The notes under the pieces: generated by a model
Told to the model about the DNA's origin: nothing
Databases searched by the model: none
Seen by the model: only the letters and a program-made list of their open reading frames with translations
Position numbers and translations under genes: made by a program
In this document: positions 1 to 8,868 of the stretch, piece by piece
How positions within the stretch are numbered: the stretch's first letter is position 1
How the letters are laid out: each line of letters opens with the position of its first letter
Source: a virus
Taxonomy: Duplodnaviria > Caudoviricetes
Reading direction: 5' to 3' (one strand)
Virus record (IMG/VR): IMGVR_UViG_3300007231_000016
Span: 1-36,818 of that record
Length of the DNA: 36,818 bases

Positions 1-284
1 CTGGTCTGTCTGGTGTTTACATGGGTATAGTCCCAATAAATAATCACCCTTACACGGCTTGCATTGACTTCCCGGCATACACGAGTACCAACATGGTTTC
101 TCCCGTTCTGCTTTGGATCGGGCAATCAGATCAAACCACTGGCACCAACGCCAGCCCATTGACGATTCAACAGGGCGGGCTATTTGATGGTGTGGCAGCT
201 ACCACGCAGATCAACCTCGTCGAAGCTTCTGGCTACAACCTGTCAACAGGTTCAACTATTACGCTGTTCGGGTTAGCGGCCTAA
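1..284 (+). CDS. C-terminal part of tail-fibre-associated protein (continuation of 36474..36818 across the contig junction)
   Basis: Frame is open from nt 3 (GLSGVYMGIVP...). It ends GSTITLFGL, like paralogues 299..814 (FNLYGR) and 814..1332 (MSVYGIK). Confidence 0.7.
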   Translation, partial: GLSGVYMGIVPINNHPYTACIDFPAYTSTNMVSPVLLWIGQSDQTTGTNASPLTIQQGGLFDGVAATTQINLVEASGYNLSTGSTITLFGLAA

Positions 285-298
285 AAGGAGATGGTTAA

Positions 299-814
299 AT
301 GCTTGAATACATAGCTTCAACTGGAACCCCATCTGGTTCGTTTTTAGAAATAAACAATATTCCCAATACCTATAACAGCTTGATGATTACAGGAGTTATG
401 AGTGTCACCGGCACGACGGTTGCTGATTGCTATATGTTTTTCAATGGCAATACAACTTCTGTTTACAACACGATGTACGGTGGGCTTAGAGATACTAACA
501 GTAATTCCGTTTACAACTTTTCAAACAACGAAGCACATTTTGGTCGTGGCCCAACTGACAGCATGAATGTCGGCTACGTCTATGCGCCGGTTTATTTAGA
601 AATCTTTGCTTACCGTGGTGACCAACCCGGAAACTTGGGTTGGTACTCTCTCGCAAGTTATTCAGATACAGCTTCCACAAGCCAAAACCAGTTTTACACA
701 GGTTGGTACTCAGCAGATGAAACAGCAGACTTGACGAGGATTCAGTTCATTTGTTCACAAGGTGGATGGGACGCAGACACTGAATTTAATCTTTACGGAA
801 GGACGACTTCGTAA
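299..814 (+). CDS. Tail-fibre-associated beta-sandwich-like virion protein (paralogue 1)
   Basis: AAGGAG RBS. EYIAS...IPNTYNSL...FNG...FNLYG pattern shared with neighbouring genes in the tail-fibre block. Confidence 0.6.
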   Translation: MLEYIASTGTPSGSFLEINNIPNTYNSLMITGVMSVTGTTVADCYMFFNGNTTSVYNTMYGGLRDTNSNSVYNFSNNEAHFGRGPTDSMNVGYVYAPVYLEIFAYRGDQPGNLGWYSLASYSDTASTSQNQFYTGWYSADETADLTRIQFICSQGGWDADTEFNLYGRTTS

Positions 815-1332
815 TGGCCCCTACTTACGAGCACATTGCGACTGCGACTGCCTCAGGCAACCCGATGTTTCTTGAAGTTACATCAATCCCGGCAACATAT
901 CAGGATATTGAAGTTATTGTCATGTCTAAAACGGGCACGTCTAATGGTGCTAGTTCAGGAAAAATTACTTTTAATGGGGTAACTAGCAGTAACTATTCCT
1001 GGACAAGGCTTGGCAAAAACGGAACTAGTATGCGTACCGGTATAGACAATAGTCAATCGGACTTTGACATAAACTATTCTCACGGTCCTGGCACAGGATC
1101 TGATATGAGTGGGTGGGTACGTTTATATGTTCCCGACTACGCAAGTACGACAGCCCATCCAGTTAACTGGTGGTGCACTAGTTGGGACTCTACGACAGCA
1201 GGCGAAGTTGCCTACTCGGCTGGATTGTTTGAGCCAAGTTCAGCGCAAGCCGTAACTTCCGTGAAATGGACTGTCGTTTACTCCATCGAAAATGGTTGCA
1301 CAATGAGTGTTTATGGAATCAAATATGTGTAG
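814..1332 (+). CDS. Tail-fibre-associated virion protein (paralogue 2)
   Basis: TAATG coupling with the upstream gene. TYEHIAT...IPATYQDI...FNG...SVYGIK pattern. Confidence 0.6.
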   Translation: MAPTYEHIATATASGNPMFLEVTSIPATYQDIEVIVMSKTGTSNGASSGKITFNGVTSSNYSWTRLGKNGTSMRTGIDNSQSDFDINYSHGPGTGSDMSGWVRLYVPDYASTTAHPVNWWCTSWDSTTAGEVAYSAGLFEPSSAQAVTSVKWTVVYSIENGCTMSVYGIKYV

Positions 1333-1340
1333 GAGAAACA

Positions 1341-1568
1341 ATGGCTAACACAATCGTAACTGTGAATGCGACAACAGGTGAAGAAACTGTCCGTAATTTA
1401 ACAGATGAAGAAGAAGCCCAATATGCTGCTAGTAAAACACGTTGGGAAGAAGAAGATACTGCTAAAGAAGCGGCAGCTACACAAGCAGCAATAGACGCAG
1501 CAGCAGGGAAAGCCAAACTTAAAGCGCTTGGTTTGACTGATTCTGAGATAGCGGCGCTAGTCGGCTAA
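1341..1568 (+). CDS. Small helical protein, possible tail-fibre assembly/chaperone
   Basis: AGGAG RBS before ATG 1341, a better start than 1266. NATTGEETVR...KLKALGLTDSEIAAL. Confidence 0.5.
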   Translation: MANTIVTVNATTGEETVRNLTDEEEAQYAASKTRWEEEDTAKEAAATQAAIDAAAGKAKLKALGLTDSEIAALVG

Positions 1569-2377
1569 TGGATATTGTTGACGCACCAAAAAAAGTAACC
1601 AGCGGACGACCCATGTCGCCCGTCGGTATCGTCGTGCACCACACAGCATCTAACCATAAAGCAGACCCAGATGACGTAATCGACATGTGTATACGTGGCG
1701 TGAACAAAGTCCCAGGGCCGCTATATAATTATATGGTTAAACGTGACGGAACTATCGTCTGTCTGTCAGACAAGTTTAAAGCTAATCACGCTGGACGTGG
1801 CAGCCGTAAAGTAATGGACAGACTGAAACACGACAAGAAAGTTGTTGAGTCTACAGTCGCAGGCAAAAGCAGCTTCAACTCGTCCCTGTACGGCGTAGCG
1901 ATCATTAACGACGGCTTAGGTGAGGATGTACCTGACGTACAGATGGACGCCTTAGCGCGCTTCTGTGCGTTTCTTTGCGATGGGCACGGCTGGAACCCAT
2001 TAAGCAGAATCTTAGGGCACAAAGAATACACGACACGTAAAATAGATCCAGTGTTTAACATGAAAGCGTTCCGACATCTTGTCGATACGCACACTGTGGG
2101 GAAACTTGTGGATAGTTCTCCACCACCTGAGGAAGAGGGAGAGATGATTCCTTTCCCTGGGGTGCTGAAGAAAGGTTCACGTTCATCGGCAGTAAAGTTT
2201 GTGCAAACCTGCGTGGGTGCCAGCAGAGATGGTATTTTTGGGAGAGGCACCAGAGCGAAAGTGATTAGGTGGCAGCGGGCACATGGTCTGCTTGCAGATG
2301 GCATAGTTGGTCCAGCTACTTGGGCTGCAATGAAAATGAGAAGGACTAAAAAAATTGTTCAACCCACGTTTTATTAA
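1568..2377 (+). CDS. Endolysin: N-acetylmuramoyl-L-alanine amidase (Amidase_2-like) plus C-terminal peptidoglycan-binding domain
   Basis: VVHHTA, NHAG and GHKE...RKIDP zinc-amidase motifs. C-terminal LKKGS...DGIFG..T...WQ..HGL.ADGIVGPATW (PG_binding_1). Confidence 0.9.
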   Translation: MDIVDAPKKVTSGRPMSPVGIVVHHTASNHKADPDDVIDMCIRGVNKVPGPLYNYMVKRDGTIVCLSDKFKANHAGRGSRKVMDRLKHDKKVVESTVAGKSSFNSSLYGVAIINDGLGEDVPDVQMDALARFCAFLCDGHGWNPLSRILGHKEYTTRKIDPVFNMKAFRHLVDTHTVGKLVDSSPPPEEEGEMIPFPGVLKKGSRSSAVKFVQTCVGASRDGIFGRGTRAKVIRWQRAHGLLADGIVGPATWAAMKMRRTKKIVQPTFY

Positions 2378-2561
2378 AGACATTTCAGAGCGAGCTATAT
2401 CAACATTTGTTCAAGCGCTTGGGGCAGCTATGGCTATCCCAGGTCCTAGCCTTATTGATTCTTTGAAGGTAGCTGGCGTAGCTGCTATCATCTGTGTAGG
2501 CAAAGCTGTTGCTGCATCTAAAGTGGGAGATCCTGAAACTGCTTCTATTGGTAAGGGTTAA
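2355..2561 (+). CDS. Holin (r1t-like)
   Basis: ERAISTFVQAL motif, two hydrophobic segments, immediately after the endolysin. Confidence 0.7.
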   Translation: MFNPRFIKDISERAISTFVQALGAAMAIPGPSLIDSLKVAGVAAIICVGKAVAASKVGDPETASIGKG

Positions 2562-2582
2562 CCCCTAGCGGGATGGGATCTT

Positions 2583-3452
2583 ATGAGTTATCGGCAGTCG
2601 GGAATTGCTTATAGAGAATCAAACTTTGTTTATAACAGGTCTGACGCGACTCTAAACGTAGGTGTTATTAATGTAGTTTGTGGTACTCCTACGCTGTTTG
2701 AGTTCCCTTACCGTAAGTCTGGGACAGCATACCGAAATAGTTTCCTGTATCGTGAGCCAGCTTCTAACGATAACACTTATGTAGTTAAAGCTTTCCCAGC
2801 TACGTTGGCTGTGACTACAGCGTTCTCTGCTGTGGCAGGCAAACCTATAGACGTGCTTGCCGCTACGGTCAATGTCGTTGCGGGTGTAGCTACAAACATT
2901 AACGTTGACGCTAACTACATTGCCCTGATTGAGGGCATGAACATTCCTGTAGCTATGACTCCTCCGAGTCTTGTAGCAGGTAACGTTCTGAACGTTGCGA
3001 CTATCCCTGTCACTACGGTCATGGGATCTACGCAAGAAGCCATTGTTTATCCTGATACTATAGCGGCTACTGTTGGTGTGCCTGCTCCTGCGGACGTTAG
3101 CGGAGATTTCAGTATCACTGCTGGCACAATCAAAGCGGTAGTTTCCACGCCGGATGTGCTGCTGCATCGTATCTTAACTGTTCCTCAAAGCAATACTTTA
3201 CCTCCGGTACTGCGCCCTCAAGACGCCAGCAAAGCTGCGTTCGCTTTACGTCAACACTACAAGCCTACCGCTAGAGGCATTAACCTAATAATTGTGAACA
3301 ACGCTTCGGTACAAACGTTTATGCCAGCAGATTTCAGCACTGTCACTAGAGTCATTTACGGCGGTCATGCTAGCCCAAACGATTTGACAGCCACCGAGCA
3401 AGACATTCTTATAGCCGCCGGTTATCAGTTCAATATAGGGGAGCCAGTCTAA
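2583..3452 (+). CDS. Putative virion structural protein with Tyr-periodic N-terminal repeats and V/A/T-rich beta repeats
   Basis: 289-aa ORF in the late operon with internal repeats. Confidence 0.5.
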   Translation: MSYRQSGIAYRESNFVYNRSDATLNVGVINVVCGTPTLFEFPYRKSGTAYRNSFLYREPASNDNTYVVKAFPATLAVTTAFSAVAGKPIDVLAATVNVVAGVATNINVDANYIALIEGMNIPVAMTPPSLVAGNVLNVATIPVTTVMGSTQEAIVYPDTIAATVGVPAPADVSGDFSITAGTIKAVVSTPDVLLHRILTVPQSNTLPPVLRPQDASKAAFALRQHYKPTARGINLIIVNNASVQTFMPADFSTVTRVIYGGHASPNDLTATEQDILIAAGYQFNIGEPV

Positions 3453-3835
3453 TGCCAATGTACTCATACCGATGCGTCCAGTGTTACACCATTTGGGATG
3501 TTAAGCACAAGATGCAAGACACTTACAGCGAAGCTTGTGAGAGTTGTGGTGGGGAACTAAACAAATATTATGGCAATGTGCAGATAGCTCCGTCGGTTAT
3601 GCCTACCAGATCTAACATTGATTTGGCGGCGACTAAAGCTAACGACGCAGCTAAAGATGTTGACATGGCTGCATACAAACGGTTAAGGAAAGAAGGGTTA
3701 CAGCCTCCTAGTATTAACGGTTCAGCGAAACTTGAGGCCCGTGCCGGTACTAAATGGGAAGTTAACGCAGGACATACTTTATCTCACGAAACTCGTAAGC
3801 AAGGGGAGAAGACTTTACAGGAGCACTTAGGATGA
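3452..3835 (+). CDS. FmdB-like zinc-ribbon protein
   Basis: MPMYSYRCVQC...CESCGG N-terminus. Confidence 0.75.
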   Translation: MPMYSYRCVQCYTIWDVKHKMQDTYSEACESCGGELNKYYGNVQIAPSVMPTRSNIDLAATKANDAAKDVDMAAYKRLRKEGLQPPSINGSAKLEARAGTKWEVNAGHTLSHETRKQGEKTLQEHLG

Positions 3836-4773
3836 CTACCGCTCAGGTGTGGATTGACTCTACACGAGACATGCTTTTATCTAGCTACGTGGAAGAACTA
3901 GACGTGTTGACTGCTGCTGTCACTGACACGACTGTGCAAACGTTAACGATCCAGGGAACGTCTAGCAGCATAGCTAAGGGTGTGGTGTTTGAGATCGGTA
4001 CGGAAATGTTTTACTGCACTTCTGTAGCTGGTAACACAATCAACGTGTTCCGGGCTTACGCTGGTTCGGCTGCCACTACTCACGCTATAGGGGATTTTAT
4101 TAGGGTGTCACCGAAGTTCCCTACCTACCGTATCATCAATAGTATTAACGACGATCTGTCAGATTTGAGTTCTCCTGATAACGGTTTGTTCCAAATGAAA
4201 ACTACTAGCTTCACTTACGACGGTGGGGTTGATGGATACAATTTGGCTGGGTTGAGTTCTGCCGAAATTAACTCTATCTACATGGTCACTTACGCTGATG
4301 TGGGTTCTGAAGCTACAGAACCTCAAGTTCTTTCCTGGACTTTGCGTCGTAACCGTGACACTACGACGTTCCCTAGCGGGTTAGCTTTGATTCTTTATAC
4401 TGGTGTGTGGCCTGGTCAGAAAGTTACGGTCATGTACAAGTCCCCGTTGACTCCTATCGTCGATGGCAGCACGCTTCTTTCTACTGTAGGGTTGGATAGT
4501 ACGGCTTACGATTTGCCTCCGTTGGGTGCAGGTATGGCGTTGATGACTACTACTCCTATACGTCGAGAGTTTTTGGATGCTGAAGGTACTTCACGTCTTG
4601 CTGAAGAAGTACCTGCTGGCGCTATTTCTGCGTCGTTCCGTGATTTGATGGGTCGCCGTCGAGCTAGGGTGCAAGCAGAGTCCGCTCGTTTGATTGCCCG
4701 CTACCCACAAATGTGGAGCCGCAACTCTGCTGTAAGACCTACATCGCAATGGAGCGGGTACTCTGATGCCTAA
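3832..4773 (+). CDS. Putative head-tail adaptor / tail tubular protein A
   Basis: 313 aa, directly upstream of the 623-aa tail protein in a podovirus-like arrangement. Positional inference. Confidence 0.5.
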   Translation: MTTAQVWIDSTRDMLLSSYVEELDVLTAAVTDTTVQTLTIQGTSSSIAKGVVFEIGTEMFYCTSVAGNTINVFRAYAGSAATTHAIGDFIRVSPKFPTYRIINSINDDLSDLSSPDNGLFQMKTTSFTYDGGVDGYNLAGLSSAEINSIYMVTYADVGSEATEPQVLSWTLRRNRDTTTFPSGLALILYTGVWPGQKVTVMYKSPLTPIVDGSTLLSTVGLDSTAYDLPPLGAGMALMTTTPIRREFLDAEGTSRLAEEVPAGAISASFRDLMGRRRARVQAESARLIARYPQMWSRNSAVRPTSQWSGYSDA

Positions 4774-6637
4774 CTCTCAAAGCCTGCCAGTCGAACTGAA
4801 TGGGATATCTTACCTAGTTGACACTAGGCAGTACTCACGGACGACTGTGCCAGCTTTGCGTGAACAGCGCGATAATAGTGCTGAGCCTGGAGAGAACGCT
4901 TTAGACACGTCTGGTGCGTGGACACGTTCTCAAACAGATTGGTCGTATGGTGCTGGGCAAAACAGTTTCGATATTAGTGACAGCGACCGCCGTAGATTTA
5001 ATACTTCTTCTGGTGTTGATATTTGGACGAAGGGTCAAATCACTCTTCTTCCGATTACTGAAGAGAAACTGAACGCTGTCGAAACGAATTTAGATATCCA
5101 ACGTATGGGTGTTTACGTGTATGCGGCTCACGGAGCTAACGCAGTTTTCTCTACAAACCTTGTGCCTGCCGCCCCGACGTGGACTCCGTTTGTTCCTCGC
5201 GCAGGTAACGACGTTAAGGACATGACTTCAGACGGCACGAACGTGTACTTCGCTTTCGGTTCTGCTGCTGCTATAGCTAAAGCTACATTAGGGACAGCAG
5301 CTATTGACGGTAGCTGGCCTACTTCTGGTACCCAATCGGCAGACGTGTTGCAGGTGGCTGCGGGTCGGCTCATCGGTGCATTGGGTGCAAACATTTTTGA
5401 GTTGGACGCTAACGGTGTGAAGCTTGGCAGTTCTTTAGATTACACTGCTCCGTTGGCTGCGACTACATGGGTGTCTGTTAGCGGCGGCCCGTCAGGTATC
5501 TTCGCTGCGGCGAACACAGATAACACCGGGTCGGTATATCATATCAATGTGTCAGCTACTGACGGCACTTTACAAACACCTATAGTTGGTGGGCAGTTAC
5601 CTCACGGTGAGGAGATCAACAAGATCCTTGCGTACGGTGAGATACTATTGATAGCTACTACCGCCGGGTTACGTACTGCTCTTATCGACACACAATCTAA
5701 CGCTGTGACTATCGGTCCAGTGATTGAAGAAGGCGGCGCTGCGTATGCGTTGGAGATTGATTCTAAGTTCGTGTGGTGGGGCGGAAGCGACGGGAAGATT
5801 TACAGAGCTAACCTTGCTGTGTTTACTTCTACGTTAGTTCCTGCCTGGGCACCAGATCTGGTGTCTACAACGGGGTCAGGTAATGTTACTTCGGTTGCGC
5901 GTTTCTTAGGTAAAACATATTTCGGTGCTGTTGGTGACGGGGTTTACGGCGAGTCGGGGACCGGCGTCAAAGTTGCTACAGGGACACTCAACATTGGTGA
6001 AGTGTCGTGGTCAACTGTTGCACCTAAGCTTCTACGTTCGGTGACGGTACGCCAAGATAGGTCTCAGTACCTGTTCGGCGACACGAAATACAATCAGGCG
6101 TCAACAACATATCAGGACGCTGCTTTAGAGTACCGTGGTAACCCTACTTCTGTGATGCCTGGTTCAGTGTTTTTCTCAGCAACAAACGATAATAACGTTC
6201 TTGACACGGTGGGGCCGTTAACTACGCAAGACCCTCTGCCTTTCAACTTCGTTACACAATCCTCTGTGTCATACAAGTTCGTGTTAACAATCAACCGGGA
6301 CAGCGTAGACACAACAGTAGCTCCGATCATTCAAGACTGGTTAACAAGTTGTATCGTCACACCTAGCAGAGTTGATGAGATTGTTGCACCAATCATTATG
6401 CAACGTCAGGTGTTGACTTCTCGTAACGCTGGAGCCGCAGCAACGTTTGACTCTGCCACGATCTTCACGTCTCTCAGGAACGTTATGGAGACAGGTATCA
6501 CGGTTGATTACATTGAGGGGACACGGGCCGAGAAGGTTACTATAGAGAGAATTTCAATGCAACCGAACCGCCTATCCGACAATGGGGACTGGTGGGAGGG
6601 TACCCTTGTAGTGAGGTTACTTACTGTACCTAGTTAG
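4766..6637 (+). CDS. Putative tail nozzle / tubular protein B (beta-propeller-like)
   Basis: 623 aa, beta-rich, W.RSQ.DWSYGAGQ N-terminal motif, follows the adaptor. Confidence 0.55.
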   Translation: MPNSQSLPVELNGISYLVDTRQYSRTTVPALREQRDNSAEPGENALDTSGAWTRSQTDWSYGAGQNSFDISDSDRRRFNTSSGVDIWTKGQITLLPITEEKLNAVETNLDIQRMGVYVYAAHGANAVFSTNLVPAAPTWTPFVPRAGNDVKDMTSDGTNVYFAFGSAAAIAKATLGTAAIDGSWPTSGTQSADVLQVAAGRLIGALGANIFELDANGVKLGSSLDYTAPLAATTWVSVSGGPSGIFAAANTDNTGSVYHINVSATDGTLQTPIVGGQLPHGEEINKILAYGEILLIATTAGLRTALIDTQSNAVTIGPVIEEGGAAYALEIDSKFVWWGGSDGKIYRANLAVFTSTLVPAWAPDLVSTTGSGNVTSVARFLGKTYFGAVGDGVYGESGTGVKVATGTLNIGEVSWSTVAPKLLRSVTVRQDRSQYLFGDTKYNQASTTYQDAALEYRGNPTSVMPGSVFFSATNDNNVLDTVGPLTTQDPLPFNFVTQSSVSYKFVLTINRDSVDTTVAPIIQDWLTSCIVTPSRVDEIVAPIIMQRQVLTSRNAGAAATFDSATIFTSLRNVMETGITVDYIEGTRAEKVTIERISMQPNRLSDNGDWWEGTLVVRLLTVPS

Positions 6638-6646
6638 GGAGCTTCA

Positions 6647-7405
6647 ATGGCTAAGGTCCTATTCTACGATATAGAAACTGCACCTAACCTCGCATACGTG
6701 TGGGGGCAGTATGAACAGAACGTGGTGCAGCAATACCGGGAGTGGTACATCATGTGCTTCTCCTACAAGTGGGAAGGGCAGAAAGCAGCTAAAGTAATTG
6801 CCCTCCCTGACTTTGACTTGTATACGGAAGACCCAGAGGACGATCGGGAAGTTGTGCAAGCCTTATGGGATTTGTTTGACGAAGCTGATGTTGTGGTAGC
6901 TCACAACGGCGACAAGTTCGACATGAAGAAAGCTAACGCCCGGTTCATTGTGCATGACATGGGGCCACCTACGCCGGTGCATCAGATAGATACGTTGAAG
7001 GCTTCTAAACGGTACTTCAGGTTCAACAGCAACAAGCTTGACAACTTGGGTACGCATCTGAGTTTGGGCAACAAAGTAACAACTGGCGGGTTTCCTTTGT
7101 GGGAGGGGTGCATGAATGGTGATGAGAAGGCGTGGAACACGATGAAGAAGTACGCTCGCCAGGACGTTGACTTACTTGCAGATCTTTATTACAGGTTGCG
7201 TCCGTGGATGACAACTCATCCGAATCTTGCGTTGTTTGATGGTCGCCCTGATTCTTGTCCGACTTGTGGTCATGCTGATTTGATGCGTCGGGGGTATCGG
7301 TCTACGAAGGTTGCTCAGTACGCCCAGTTTCAATGCAAGAAATGTAAGGCGTATTGTCGTAAGCGTGTGAAGTCTGACGCTACGTCCCCTAACCTAGTGC
7401 CATGA
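6647..7405 (+). CDS. DnaQ/RNase H-like 3'-5' exonuclease with C-terminal zinc ribbon
   Basis: YDIET (ExoI), HNGDKFD (ExoII), YARQDV (ExoIII), CPTC...CKKC. Confidence 0.85.
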   Translation: MAKVLFYDIETAPNLAYVWGQYEQNVVQQYREWYIMCFSYKWEGQKAAKVIALPDFDLYTEDPEDDREVVQALWDLFDEADVVVAHNGDKFDMKKANARFIVHDMGPPTPVHQIDTLKASKRYFRFNSNKLDNLGTHLSLGNKVTTGGFPLWEGCMNGDEKAWNTMKKYARQDVDLLADLYYRLRPWMTTHPNLALFDGRPDSCPTCGHADLMRRGYRSTKVAQYAQFQCKKCKAYCRKRVKSDATSPNLVP

Positions 7406-8175
7406 GAGTATTTTCATTCGGGGGTGGAGTTCAATCTACTGCTGCTTTGGTGCTTGCAGCTCAAGGCAAAATTGATTATAAAACTTTTATTTTTGCTGAT
7501 ACAGGGGACGAACACCCAGAAACGTACGAGTATTTAGAGAACGTCCATAAACCTTTTGCGACGGAACATGGGTTAGAAATTTTGTGTATAAAAAAAACGT
7601 GGAAAGACGGATCACAATATTCAATTCTTGAGAACATTGACCGGTTGCCATCAGCAATTCCGATACCTGTGTATTTAGATTCTGGGAAACCTTGGCAACG
7701 ACAATGCACTGTAGATTGGAAAATTCATACGATAGCTAAAGAGTTGAAACGTCTTGGTGCTACTAAAGATAACCCGGCTCATGTCGGCATGGGGATTAGC
7801 GTAGACGAAATACAAAGAGCTAAACCTAGCACTATCCCTCACGAAACATTAGAGTTTCCTTTACTAGACTTGTTGTTACGAAGAGACGATTGTCATCGTA
7901 TTGTTAAAGAAGCGGGTTTAGAGAAAGCTCCTCGTTCTGCTTGTTTCTATTGTCCGTACCATTCAACAGAGTATTGGCGAGATTTGCGGGAAGAGCAGCC
8001 AGTATTATTTGATAGAGCATTAGAGTTAGAAGATACTTTAAGCGCACGAACCCAAAAAAGGTTTGGGACTAGTGTGCATCTTTGGCGTAAAGGATCGTTA
8101 AGAGATTTAGATGACCAACAGCGTTTTGATTTTGATGAACCTGATACTTGCGATTCTGGTCATTGCTTTACATAA
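7402..8175 (+). CDS. PAPS-reductase-like PP-loop protein
   Basis: SFGGGVQS PP-loop, ADTGDE, RQCT, SACFYCP and C-terminal CDSGHC. Confidence 0.75.
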   Translation: MRVFSFGGGVQSTAALVLAAQGKIDYKTFIFADTGDEHPETYEYLENVHKPFATEHGLEILCIKKTWKDGSQYSILENIDRLPSAIPIPVYLDSGKPWQRQCTVDWKIHTIAKELKRLGATKDNPAHVGMGISVDEIQRAKPSTIPHETLEFPLLDLLLRRDDCHRIVKEAGLEKAPRSACFYCPYHSTEYWRDLREEQPVLFDRALELEDTLSARTQKRFGTSVHLWRKGSLRDLDDQQRFDFDEPDTCDSGHCFT

Positions 8176-8184
8176 ATGTGTGGG

Positions 8185-8229
8185 TAAAAAGGTTTCTAGC
8201 CCAAGCGGTGTTGGTACCTGAGCTAGAAA
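8185..8229 (-). terminator. Intrinsic terminator of the minus-strand arm
   Basis: Minus strand TTTCTAGCTCAGG/CTTGGGCTAGAAA 13-bp stem (2 G-U pairs) followed by CCTTTTT, between convergent genes. Confidence 0.7.
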
Positions 8230-8300
8230 GAAATACCCCCAACTAAGAAAAGAAACAAACTTAGCTGAGGGGAGCGCCCAAACCACTACGAAAAGGCGCT
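8185..8300 (-). ncRNA. Candidate triple-hairpin small RNA / structured 3' UTR
   Basis: Three consecutive stems (8273-8300, 8236-8271, 8193-8229). Their mismatches become G-U pairs only on the minus strand. Confidence 0.45.
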
Positions 8301-8306
8301 ACATTT

Positions 8307-8612
8307 TTATGATACCATACGAGTAACAGTTCCGTCACTATTTTCTACCCATTCCACAGTTTTCGGTTGAACTTTCTCTGGCTCAGGAGCCACATACGAT
8401 ACACGTAACTGGTATTCGACTGCGTTAACAGTGAAAGCTTTACACTTGTTTAAAGCATCTATGATAGCCAGCTCAGAGTACCCGGCTATTAGAGCACGCT
8501 TAACGATTGCCTGCACCATTTTCACTGACCCCATTGGCTTAGGGTGCGCTTGATCCCAATATTGTTTAGTGGTTTCTTCCGCTTCTACGTCAGTGATGAA
8601 CTTGTCAGTCAC
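8307..8612 (-). CDS. Hypothetical protein
   Basis: 101-aa ORF overlapping the WhiB stop, last gene of the minus arm. Confidence 0.6.
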   Translation of the reverse strand: MTDKFITDVEAEETTKQYWDQAHPKPMGSVKMVQAIVKRALIAGYSELAIIDALNKCKAFTVNAVEYQLRVSYVAPEPEKVQPKTVEWVENSDGTVTRMVS

Positions 8613-8868
8613 CTTTGCCCAAGATTTTGATTGCTGCGGCAGGTCTAAATTCGCATTCTTTCATTACGTTCCCTCTTTCGTAGGCTGAATGGCCGCCCCA
8701 TGTTAACGACGGCATGTAGAAGTGGTTGAACCAGTCGCCTACACAGAGTGCGTACGCTAAGCAGTCTCGTTTAACTGTGCAGTGTTGGTTACAGAACGAA
8801 GGTTTGATGTCTCCGGCTGGTATGCCTCGGCACGCAGCTTTCTGGTACCACCACGGCGTTTCGCTCAT
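8605..8868 (-). CDS. whiB: WhiB-like Fe-S transcription regulator (divergent)
   Basis: W..KAAC...C-x3-C-x5-CLAYAL...TWGG.S..ER. Confidence 0.75.
   Translation of the reverse strand: MSETPWWYQKAACRGIPAGDIKPSFCNQHCTVKRDCLAYALCVGDWFNHFYMPSLTWGGHSAYERGNVMKECEFRPAAAIKILGKGD

Noticed and set aside
1-1332. Paralogous fibre domains as targets of a diversity-generating retroelement
   Set aside because: No reverse transcriptase and no near-identical template/variable repeat pair. Similarity is only at the protein level.
1786-3167. Long antisense ORFs (1786..2304, 2652..3167) and similar shadow ORFs elsewhere
   Set aside because: They lie opposite well-supported genes and have no motifs or RBS, unlike the nested 9026..9544 ORF.
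8309-8326. Plus-strand micro-ORF MIPYE after AACCACTACGAAAAGG
   Set aside because: Only 5 codons and antisense to a gene. The G-U pairing favours function of this region on the minus strand.
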